NCBI GenBank assembly: GCA_934157235.1
Contig: CAKPHH010000006.1
Location: 9,861-73,860 of the forward strand
Length of the DNA: 64,000 nucleotides
Source of the DNA: an uncultured Bacilli bacterium
GTDB taxonomy: Bacteria; Bacillota_I; Bacilli_A; RF39; UBA660
Direction: 5' to 3'
Positions 56,608 to 64,000 of this stretch are shown piece after piece. The notes beneath the pieces were generated by a model. That model saw nothing but the letters and a program-made list of their open reading frames with translations, was not told the origin of the DNA and searched no databases. Position numbers and translations under genes: made by a program. How positions within the stretch are numbered: the first letter of the stretch is position 1; each line of letters begins with the position of its first letter.

Positions 56608-56868
56608 TTAAATAATAACTGCTTCTTTTACGATTTCTTTTAAATAGAAATGCTTAGTTTTTGATAATGGTCTAGTTTCTACTATTCTAACTATATCTCC
56701 AACTTTTGCTATATTCTTTTCATCATGTACACAATATTTCTTAGAGCTTTTAACTCTTTTGTGATATAACGGATGGTTTTTATAAGTTTCAACTAATACG
56801 CTGATTGTCTTATCATTAGTTGCGTTAACTACTTTACCAACTAATTCTTTACTAACTTTCTTTTCCAC
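56608..56868 (-). CDS. rpsQ: 30S ribosomal protein S17
   Basis: 86 aa. Confidence 0.9.
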   Translation of the reverse strand: MEKKVSKELVGKVVNATNDKTISVLVETYKNHPLYHKRVKSSKKYCVHDEKNIAKVGDIVRIVETRPLSKTKHFYLKEIVKEAVII

Positions 56869-56879
56869 TTTATACCCTC

Positions 56880-57083
56880 CTATTCGCTAATCTCACGTTC
56901 TCTTAGAACGGTTTTATATCTTGCAACGGTGTGTCTTAGTTCTCTAATTCTAGAAGGTTTTTCTAGGTTACCTGTTGCTTGTTGGAAACGTAAATTAAAT
57001 AATTCTTCTTTAGCTTCAACTAATTTTTTGTTGATTTCTTCAGTTGATAGCTCTCTAACTTCTTTAACCTTCATTTGATTCAC
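56880..57083 (-). CDS. rpmC: 50S ribosomal protein L29
   Basis: 67 aa. Confidence 0.85.
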   Translation of the reverse strand: MNQMKVKEVRELSTEEINKKLVEAKEELFNLRFQQATGNLEKPSRIRELRHTVARYKTVLREREISE

Positions 57084-57495
57084 CTTTGCTTTCTCTCATT
57101 ACGAATTTTGTTGCTACTGGTAATTTATGAGAGGCAAGACGTAATGCTTCACGAGCTACTTCTTCAGTTACTCCAGAAATTTCAAACATGATTTTTCCTT
57201 CTTTAACTACAGCAACCCATCCTTCAACATTACCTTTACCTTTACCTTGTCTTGTACCAATAGGCTTTTTAGTTAATGGCATGTGTGGGAATATGTTTAT
57301 CCATACTTTACCACCACGTTTCATATAACGTGTCATAGCAATACGAGCAGCCTCGATTTGATTAGCAGTAATCCAAGCTCCTTCTTTTGCTTGTAGACCA
57401 TAATCTCCGAAGTGTAATTCTCTGTTTCCACGAGATCTACCTTCATAAGGTAATCTATGTACACGACGATATTTAGTTCTTGACGGTATTAACAT
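57064..57495 (-). CDS. rplP: 50S ribosomal protein L16
   Basis: 143 aa. Confidence 0.9.
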   Translation of the reverse strand: MLIPSRTKYRRVHRLPYEGRSRGNRELHFGDYGLQAKEGAWITANQIEAARIAMTRYMKRGGKVWINIFPHMPLTKKPIGTRQGKGKGNVEGWVAVVKEGKIMFEISGVTEEVAREALRLASHKLPVATKFVMRESKGESNEG

Positions 57496-57496
57496 A

Positions 57497-58147
57497 TTAA
57501 TTACCTCCTTTAGCCTTTTTATTTAGGATTTCTCCCTTATAGATCCAAACCTTTACACCAATCTTACCAAATGTTGTATCTGCTTCTGATGTAGCATAAT
57601 CAATATCCGCTCTTAATGTATGTAGAGGAATAGTTCCTTCAGTGTATCCTTCGCTACGTGCCATATCAGCACCACCTAAACGTCCAGATACGCTTGTTTT
57701 AATTCCCTTAGCTCCTGCTTTCATTGCATTTTTGATTGCACGTTTTTGAGCCATACGGAATGATGCTCTATTAGTTATTTGATTAGCGATTGAATCAGCA
57801 ACTAATTGAGCGTTTAAATCTGCTTTTTTAATATCAACGATTGTGATTTGAACATTTTCATCAGCAACCTTTGATAGTTGTTTTCTTAATTTATCCATTT
57901 CTTCTCCACCGTGTCCAATAATAACACCAGGTTTTGAAGAGTGAATTACAACTTCGCATCTTTTTGCATTTCTTTCGATTTCAACTTTAGCAACACCAGC
58001 GTTTTTTAGATTCTTTGTAATATAATCACGAATCTTAACGTCTTTTGCTAAAAACTTAGCGAAATCTTTATTATTAGCATACCATTTTGCTTCCCAATCC
58101 TTGTTAATGCCAAGTCTTAGTCCATTAGGATTTACCTTTTGTCCCAT
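57497..58147 (-). CDS. rpsC: 30S ribosomal protein S3
   Basis: 216 aa. Confidence 0.9.
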   Translation of the reverse strand: MGQKVNPNGLRLGINKDWEAKWYANNKDFAKFLAKDVKIRDYITKNLKNAGVAKVEIERNAKRCEVVIHSSKPGVIIGHGGEEMDKLRKQLSKVADENVQITIVDIKKADLNAQLVADSIANQITNRASFRMAQKRAIKNAMKAGAKGIKTSVSGRLGGADMARSEGYTEGTIPLHTLRADIDYATSEADTTFGKIGVKVWIYKGEILNKKAKGGN

Positions 58148-58162
58148 TTTGTAACCTCCTTA

Positions 58163-58498
58163 TTAGTTTCTTGTAGCCACTACTATAACGATGTGACTAG
58201 TTCTATGATCTCTATGTCCAATATGAGAACGTGAATCGAAGAAATGACGTTTCATAACAGGACCAGCATCTACTCTTGCTTCTTTAACATAAAGTGTTGC
58301 AGCATCTGCACCATTATTATTAACAGCGTTAGCAATAGCAGAGTCTAATACTTTTTTTGTAAGTCTTGCTGACTTATTATTAACATTATTTAATATGGTT
58401 AATGCTTCTTGAACGCTTTTACCACGAATCATGTCTGCTACTAAGCGAGCTCTAATAGGTGATAATCTTAATCCTTTAGCAATTGCTTTTGCTTCCAT
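58163..58498 (-). CDS. rplV: 50S ribosomal protein L22
   Basis: 111 aa. Confidence 0.9.
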   Translation of the reverse strand: MEAKAIAKGLRLSPIRARLVADMIRGKSVQEALTILNNVNNKSARLTKKVLDSAIANAVNNNGADAATLYVKEARVDAGPVMKRHFFDSRSHIGHRDHRTSHIVIVVATRN

Positions 58499-58522
58499 AT
58501 ATTTACCCTCCTAGTCATTTTT

Positions 58523-58792
58523 TTATTTCTTTTTGTCTGAACCATGTCCACCAAATTTACGTGTTAAAGCAAATTCTCCTAATTTGTGTCCAACCATATC
58601 TTCAGTAACGTATACTGGTATAAATTCTTTACCATTGTGTACTGCGAATGTATGTCCTATGAAATCAGGAAAAATAGTGGAACGGCGTGACCAAGTTTTA
58701 ATGACTTCTTTTTTTCCAGTCTTATTTAATTCTTGAACCTTCTTTAGTAATCTATCAAAAACATAAGGTCCTTTTTTTAAACTTCTTGCCAT
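58523..58792 (-). CDS. rpsS: 30S ribosomal protein S19
   Basis: 89 aa. Confidence 0.9.
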   Translation of the reverse strand: MARSLKKGPYVFDRLLKKVQELNKTGKKEVIKTWSRRSTIFPDFIGHTFAVHNGKEFIPVYVTEDMVGHKLGEFALTRKFGGHGSDKKK

Positions 58793-58809
58793 TTTTTAAT
58801 CATCCTTTC

Positions 58810-59640
58810 CTATTTACTATTGCGACGACGTACTATGAACTTGTCAGATTGTTTTTTCTTACGTGTCTTTAATCCAAGTGCAGGCTTACCCCATGGAGTC
58901 ATTGGTGCTTTACGTCCTACTGGAGCACGTCCTTCACCACCACCATGTGGATGGTCATTAGGGTTCATAACAGAACCACGAACTGTTGGTCTAATACCCA
59001 TATGACGTTTACGTCCTGCTTTTCCTACTTTAACTAGTGAAGAGTCTTCGTTACCAACTACTCCAACTGTTGCCATACATGATTCTAAAACTTTTCTTTG
59101 TTCACCAGATGATAAACGAACCATTACATAGTTTCCTTCACGACCAAGAATTTGCGCAGATGCTCCAGCACTTCTTGCTAGTTCTCCACCTTTTCCTGGA
59201 CGAAGTTCAATGTTATGAATCATTGTACCTACTGGGATGTTAATTATTGGTAATGCATTACCAACTTTAATATCAGCGTCTGCTCCTGCTACTATTGTCA
59301 TACCAACAGTTAATCCTTTTGGAGCAATTATATATCTTTTTTCTCCATCTGCATAATTGATTAATGCAATGTTTGCAGTTCTATTTGGATCGTATTCAAT
59401 ACTTGCTACTGTTCCAGGTACGTTTAATTTATTTCTTTTGAAATCAATGATACGATATTTTCTCTTTGCACCGCCACCTTGATGACGAACCGTTATCTTA
59501 CCTTGATTGTTACGTCCACTATTTTTCTTAATTGGAGTAACAAGTGATTTCTCTGGTGTACTAGTTGTAATTTCATCATTTACTAAAGTACTCATTTTTC
59601 TACGTCCTGGTGTAGTAGGTTTATAATTTCTGATTGCCAT
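58810..59640 (-). CDS. rplB: 50S ribosomal protein L2
   Basis: 276 aa. Confidence 0.9.
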   Translation of the reverse strand: MAIRNYKPTTPGRRKMSTLVNDEITTSTPEKSLVTPIKKNSGRNNQGKITVRHQGGGAKRKYRIIDFKRNKLNVPGTVASIEYDPNRTANIALINYADGEKRYIIAPKGLTVGMTIVAGADADIKVGNALPIINIPVGTMIHNIELRPGKGGELARSAGASAQILGREGNYVMVRLSSGEQRKVLESCMATVGVVGNEDSSLVKVGKAGRKRHMGIRPTVRGSVMNPNDHPHGGGEGRAPVGRKAPMTPWGKPALGLKTRKKKQSDKFIVRRRNSK

Positions 59641-59654
59641 AATTTTTCTCCTCC

Positions 59655-59939
59655 TTAACCAAGATCAATTGTTTGTCCTTCAGCAAGAGTAACAATTGCT
59701 TTTTTTGAACGATTTGTTAATCCTGTGTAACGACCAACTCTTCTTTTCTTAGGTTTTACATTCATTGTTCTTACTGATGTAACCTTTACTTTAAAGATTT
59801 TTTCAATTGCATCTTTAATTTCTAACTTTGTAGCATTTGGAGCAACTTTGAAAGTATATTTTCCTTCTGCTTTTGCAATTTGTGATTTTTCAGTAATAAC
59901 TGGTGCTTTGATTATTTCTAAATACTTAGTGTCTTTCAT
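59655..59939 (-). CDS. rplW: 50S ribosomal protein L23
   Basis: 94 aa. Confidence 0.9.
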   Translation of the reverse strand: MKDTKYLEIIKAPVITEKSQIAKAEGKYTFKVAPNATKLEIKDAIEKIFKVKVTSVRTMNVKPKKRRVGRYTGLTNRSKKAIVTLAEGQTIDLG

Positions 59940-60565
59940 TATTTAAGCACCTCCTCAACTGTTTTTAATGCTTCTTCTGTAATTACCATAACGTCTGTGC
60001 TAACTAAGTCTAATACATTGATTTCTTCAGCAGCTATTAATACAACGTTTTGTAAGTTTCTAGAAGCTAAGATTAAGTTGTCATCAAATTCTTTAACAAC
60101 TAGTAATACTTTTTTATCAGCAACTTTTAATGCTTCTAATAAACTAAGCATTTCTTTTGTTTTTGGAGTTGATAAACTGATGTTTTCAACAACCATGATT
60201 GCTTTTTCTAAAGCCTTATCACTTAATGCTGATTTTAAAGCTAATCTTCTTTCTTTTCTGTTTTGTTTTTTACTATAATCTCTAGGTACTGGAGTTCCAT
60301 AATTTCCTCCACCTACCCATTGAACAGCTCTAATTGAACCTTGACGAGCACGTCCTGTTCCTTTTTGTCTCCATGGTTTTCTTCCTCCACCAGACACTTC
60401 TGAGCGGTTTTTAGTTTTATGTGTTCCTTGTCTTAATGATGCCATTGTTAAGATTATTGCATCGTTTAAAACAGCTTTGTTTGGGGTAATTCCAAATATT
60501 TCTTCGTTTAAATTAATGTCCTTTACTTTTTCACCTTTTAGATTTAAAAGTTCTACTTTTTTCAT
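59939..60565 (-). CDS. rplD: 50S ribosomal protein L4
   Basis: 208 aa. Confidence 0.9.
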   Translation of the reverse strand: MKKVELLNLKGEKVKDINLNEEIFGITPNKAVLNDAIILTMASLRQGTHKTKNRSEVSGGGRKPWRQKGTGRARQGSIRAVQWVGGGNYGTPVPRDYSKKQNRKERRLALKSALSDKALEKAIMVVENISLSTPKTKEMLSLLEALKVADKKVLLVVKEFDDNLILASRNLQNVVLIAAEEINVLDLVSTDVMVITEEALKTVEEVLK

Positions 60566-60631
60566 CTACGATTCCTCCTTTCATCACTTATATTATTGAA
60601 TTTTCTTTCTTTATTATATAGCGTGATGATT

Positions 60632-61369
60632 TTATTCAGCTGATGTTTCTGTATTTTCTTCAGTTACTGTCTCTTCAACAACTTCTTCTACAGTTACTGG
60701 TGCAGCATAAGTTATTAAGTCAGCAGCTGCTAATTTAACATTAGGTTTCTTTACTGCAGTACGAATCATAACAAATGATTTCTTTGGACCTGGAACATTA
60801 CCTTTAACTAAAATTACATTGTTTTCAGTATCTACTGAAATTACCTCTAAGTTTTGAACTGTTCTTTGAACATTACCCATTTGTCCAGGCATCTTCTTAC
60901 CTTTTAATACGTGCATTGGTAATAATGTACCTAGTGAACCAACACCTCTATGGTATTGAGAACCGTGTCCCATTGGACCTCTTGTTTGGTTATAACGTTT
61001 AATAACGCCTTGGAAACCTTTACCTTTACTTGTTCCTGTAACATCAACCATTTCCCCAGCTTCAAAAACGTCAACGTTAACTGTTTGTCCTAATGTATAG
61101 TCATTAACGTTTACTCCTCTAATTTCTTTTAAGAAGCGCTTAGGTGTTGTGTTAGCTTTGTTTGTATGACCCATTTTTGGTTTGTTGCTTAAGTTTTCTC
61201 TTACAGTATCTGTTGCAAGTTGAATAGCATCATAACCATCTTTTTCAACTGTTTTGATTTGAGTAACTACATTTGGTTCTACTTCAATAACAGTAACCGG
61301 AATTAACTTACCATCTTTAGTAAATTTTTGAGTCATTCCGATTTTTTTACCTAAGATTCCTTTCATCAC
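60632..61369 (-). CDS. rplC: 50S ribosomal protein L3 (with acidic C-terminal extension)
   Basis: 245 aa. Confidence 0.9.
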   Translation of the reverse strand: MMKGILGKKIGMTQKFTKDGKLIPVTVIEVEPNVVTQIKTVEKDGYDAIQLATDTVRENLSNKPKMGHTNKANTTPKRFLKEIRGVNVNDYTLGQTVNVDVFEAGEMVDVTGTSKGKGFQGVIKRYNQTRGPMGHGSQYHRGVGSLGTLLPMHVLKGKKMPGQMGNVQRTVQNLEVISVDTENNVILVKGNVPGPKKSFVMIRTAVKKPNVKLAAADLITYAAPVTVEEVVEETVTEENTETSAE

Positions 61370-61381
61370 TATTTCCTCCTA

Positions 61382-61693
61382 TTATTTTGTTGTGATTTGA
61401 ATATCTACTCCGCTTGGTAAATCTAAGTGAGCTAATGCCTCAATAGTTTCCTTGCTAGGATTTTTGATATCAATAAGTCTTTTGTGTGTACGTCTTTCAA
61501 ATTGTTCACGTGAATCCTTGTATTTGTGTACAGCACGTAAAATTGTGATTTTTTCGATTTCAGTTGGTAATGGTACTGGACCAGAAATTACTCCACCTGA
61601 TCTTTTTGCAGTTTCAACAATTTTCTTAGCAGCATTATCAAGTACTCTGTGATCGTACGCTTTAATTCTGATGCGAATTTTTTCTGTTGACAT
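61382..61693 (-). CDS. rpsJ: 30S ribosomal protein S10
   Basis: 103 aa starting [19 protein letters not shown]. Confidence 0.9.
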   Translation of the reverse strand: MSTEKIRIRIKAYDHRVLDNAAKKIVETAKRSGGVISGPVPLPTEIEKITILRAVHKYKDSREQFERRTHKRLIDIKNPSKETIEALAHLDLPSGVDIQITTK

Positions 61694-61816
61694 TTTAAAT
61701 CCTCCCTTCGCCTATATCTAGTATAGACTTGCTCCGTGCAAATAACCCAATAGCCAATTAACAACTTAACCTGGCGTATCAGCAACCTCGCACATCTAAG
61801 CAGTCACACAAAGTTA

Positions 61817-61845
61817 ATTATAGCAGCAGTATGTTGATTTTGCAA
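61817..61845 (-). promoter_or_regulatory. sigma-A type promoter of the S10 operon
   Basis: On the minus strand, TTGCAA followed by a 17-bp spacer and TATAAT (-35 at 61840-61845, -10 at 61817-61822). A leader of ~120 nt lies before rpsJ. Confidence 0.6.
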
Positions 61846-61895
61846 GACTTTTTTTGATAATTTCTTTATTTTTCAATATAAAAAGAACGTTGTAA

Positions 61896-63122
61896 TTATT
61901 TTTTTTCTAATCTTTCACGTTCTTTTTTATTATTTGTTATTAATTTTATCGAAGCTGGAGCTATTAAGGACTTTCCAAATTTCTCGTTAATATTGTCCAA
62001 AGTCTTTTGAATATCAGTATCATCAGTACTTTTTTCTTCTTCAAATAAAGAAAGTTGATAATCATTATTATTTGTTAAATCGGCTAACCTTAAACCAATT
62101 AAACGAATAGCATCCTTCTTGTAACTCTTTTCGAATATTTCAATAGCTAATTTATAGATATCTTTTGTATTATTGCTGGGCTTTTTTAATTTTTCTTGAG
62201 CGGAATAATGCTCAAAGTCATTGTTTTTATAAAAGACAGCAACTGTAGTTGCATATTGCTTTTTATGTCTTAAATCACGAGTTGTTTTTTCCACAAAAGT
62301 AAGAAGTGTTTCTTTTAATTTATCTTCATTAGTACAATCGTAAGGAAGTGTTTCTGAAATGCTAATACTTTTGGTCTTACTACTTCTAGCAGCTACTTTA
62401 GAGTCATCAATACCATAGGCAGCATTATGCAAATATTCTCCCTGACTTTTAAAGTGCCTATTTAAAACTTTTACATCTGTCTTTGCTAGTTGCTCAACTG
62501 TATAGATATTTAATTTATTTAATTCCTCTTTTGTTCTTTTTCCGACCATTAGTAAATCTCCTACATCTAAGGGCCATAATTTTTGAACTATTTCATTTTT
62601 AAATAAGGTATGTACTTTATCTGGCTTTTCAAAATCAGAAGCCATTTTGGCACAGAGTTTGTTATTACCTATTCCGATATTTACAGTGTAGCCAAATCTT
62701 TGCTTTATATCATCTTTTATAAAATGGGCTAGTTCTAGATAATCTTTATATAAATAATTTGTTCCGGTCATATCAATAAAACATTCATCTATAGAAAACT
62801 GTTCCATGGTCGGTGAATATCTTGATAAGTAGGTAAATAATTCTTTAGATTTTTGACTATACCATTTATAGTCAGGAGTAAATACTTTAAGAGTGGGACA
62901 TTTTCTTCTTGCTTGATAAAGAGTTTCGGCTGTTACTATGTGAAATTTTTTGGCAATAGGAGACTTGGCTAAAACAATTCCTCTTCGCTCTTTTTCGTCT
63001 CCAGCTATGACAGAGGCAATAGTACGAATATCTTCTTTATAGCCCTCGTTTAAAAGTTTAACGGCACTCCATGATAAAAAAGCATTATTAACATCTATGT
63101 GAAAAACAATTCTTTCTTTCAT
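61896..63122 (-). CDS. Y-family DNA polymerase, UmuC-like subfamily
   Basis: 408 aa. HIDVNNAFLSWSAV (compare UmuC DVNAFYAS) and SIDECFIDMTG catalytic motifs. Confidence 0.8.
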   Translation of the reverse strand: MKERIVFHIDVNNAFLSWSAVKLLNEGYKEDIRTIASVIAGDEKERRGIVLAKSPIAKKFHIVTAETLYQARRKCPTLKVFTPDYKWYSQKSKELFTYLSRYSPTMEQFSIDECFIDMTGTNYLYKDYLELAHFIKDDIKQRFGYTVNIGIGNNKLCAKMASDFEKPDKVHTLFKNEIVQKLWPLDVGDLLMVGKRTKEELNKLNIYTVEQLAKTDVKVLNRHFKSQGEYLHNAAYGIDDSKVAARSSKTKSISISETLPYDCTNEDKLKETLLTFVEKTTRDLRHKKQYATTVAVFYKNNDFEHYSAQEKLKKPSNNTKDIYKLAIEIFEKSYKKDAIRLIGLRLADLTNNNDYQLSLFEEEKSTDDTDIQKTLDNINEKFGKSLIAPASIKLITNNKKERERLEKK

Positions 63123-63254
63123 TGTATCCCTCCATGTACATTATAGAACATTTTTTCGGTGCATTCAATCGAACAATAGCACATTTTGTTGTAAAGGCTT
63201 AGTTTACATATTTTTCAACTCATTTGGTACATACTAAATTTAGTTGGTGATATT

Positions 63255-63506
63255 ATGAATAAATACGAAGTAAATATTTATGAACAGATAGCTCTTAACA
63301 TCAAAAAGTATAGAAAAATGGCTGGTATTACCCAAGCTGTTTTAGCTGAAAAAGTTGGCGTTTCGCATGAGTTTATTAGAAGAATTGAATCAAAGAAAGG
63401 TATAAAGACTTTTTCTATAGATACAATTTGGAAAATTTCTTTGGCTTTGGATGTTGATCCAGGAAAACTTTTTGAGATTGATATTGATGGGGTTGTTAAT
63501 TCGTAA
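63255..63506 (+). CDS. small XRE-family HTH transcriptional regulator
   Basis: 83 aa. ITQAVLAEKVGVSHEFIRRIES is an HTH motif. It is divergent from the Y-family polymerase gene. Confidence 0.7.
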   Translation: MNKYEVNIYEQIALNIKKYRKMAGITQAVLAEKVGVSHEFIRRIESKKGIKTFSIDTIWKISLALDVDPGKLFEIDIDGVVNS

Positions 63507-63514
63507 ATAAAAAA

Positions 63515-63548
63515 TAGGTAAAAATTTAATTTACCTATCTTTTTTTAT
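63515..63548. terminator. bidirectional terminator
   Basis: AATAGGTAAA-aatttaa-TTTACCTATCT inverted repeat followed by a T-run, between convergent genes. Confidence 0.55.
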
Positions 63549-64000
63549 CTATTTTGTTTTCTTTAGGTAATAATGCTTTATTGGCTTTAGATTTTCATCT
63601 AATTCATAGCAGATTGGATTACCTGTTTCTATTTCTAATTGCATTATTTCTTCATCAGACATATTATCTAAATATTTAATTAAGCCTCTTAAACTATTCC
63701 CGTGAGCAACTATTATAACTTTCTTATTTTCTAGAAGGTCTTTTTTTATGTCACTATTCCAATATTTTATAACTCTTTCAACTGTGTCTATTAAGTTTTC
63801 AGTAGTTGGAATATCTTCTTTGGCTAAATCCTTGTACTTTGGATCATTACCTGGATAACGTTTGTCAGTTATTTCTAAGGCTGGTGGTCTTACATCAGCA
63901 CTACGTCTCCATAGACGAACTTGCTCTTCGCCATATTTTTTTCTAGTATCATCTTTATTAAGGCCTTGTAGGGCACCATAGTGTCTTTCGTTTAGACGCC
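63549..64000 (-). CDS. gpmA: 2,3-bisphosphoglycerate-dependent phosphoglycerate mutase, N-terminus outside window
   Basis: Own minus-strand translation ...[33 protein letters not shown]...[55 protein letters not shown] closely parallels the GpmA C-terminal half. Confidence 0.8.
   Translation of the reverse strand, partial: RLNERHYGALQGLNKDDTRKKYGEEQVRLWRRSADVRPPALEITDKRYPGNDPKYKDLAKEDIPTTENLIDTVERVIKYWNSDIKKDLLENKKVIIVAHGNSLRGLIKYLDNMSDEEIMQLEIETGNPICYELDENLKPIKHYYLKKTK

Overview
AT-rich (~28-30% GC) chromosomal segment from a Firmicutes/Mollicutes-related bacterium; most genes are on the minus strand.

**Left end (1-5.8 kb):**
- PRPP synthetase (partial).
- An HtrA-like protease translationally coupled to an Abi_2-family abortive-infection gene.
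- A Zn-phospholipase-C-like protein and a SpoIID/LytB-domain protein.

**5.8-11 kb: minimal T7SSb-like operon.**
- EssC (FtsK/SpoIIIE ATPase with FHA domains), a YukD/EsaB ubiquitin-like protein and two ~70-aa helical proteins.
- No EssB, EsaA or EssA is recognisable.

**11-22 kb: tandem array of five ~685-aa paralogs.** This is the most striking feature of the window.
- Each has a canonical type IV prepilin N-terminus (KGFTLIELLAVIVIMGIL...) fused to a BspA-type leucine-rich-repeat body and a conserved C-terminal module.
- Each has its own promoter and terminator, and there are signs of inter-copy gene conversion.

**22-34 kb:**
- A cell-wall amidase.
- An XRE-TM regulator plus secreted protein pair.
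- A ~3.7 kb segment bracketed by ~80-bp direct repeats, carrying dockerin/Flg_new repeat surface proteins.
- A truncated response-regulator remnant.
- An ATP-grasp/aminotransferase pair, a ZIP transporter, and a holin-like + M23 peptidase pair.

**34-48 kb:** the conserved rpsI-rplM / truA / rplQ neighbourhood is disrupted by a ~9 kb insertion.
- The insertion carries a giant (2084 aa) LXG-like polymorphic toxin with massive internal tandem repeats and a C-terminal transglutaminase-like (Cys-His-Asp) domain.
- It is flanked by a DUF4176-like protein and small helical Lap-like proteins upstream, and a putative immunity gene downstream. This is a T7SS effector cassette.
- The usual ecfA1-ecfA2-ecfT module is represented only by two degenerate ABC-ATPase-like genes plus an SDR gene.

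**48-62 kb: complete S10-spc-alpha ribosomal protein cluster** (rpsJ through rplQ, with secY, adk, map, infA, rpmJ, rpoA). It notably lacks rpmD (L30).

**Right end:** a UmuC-like Y-family polymerase divergent from an XRE regulator, and a partial gpmA.

No rRNA, tRNA or CRISPR arrays were seen.
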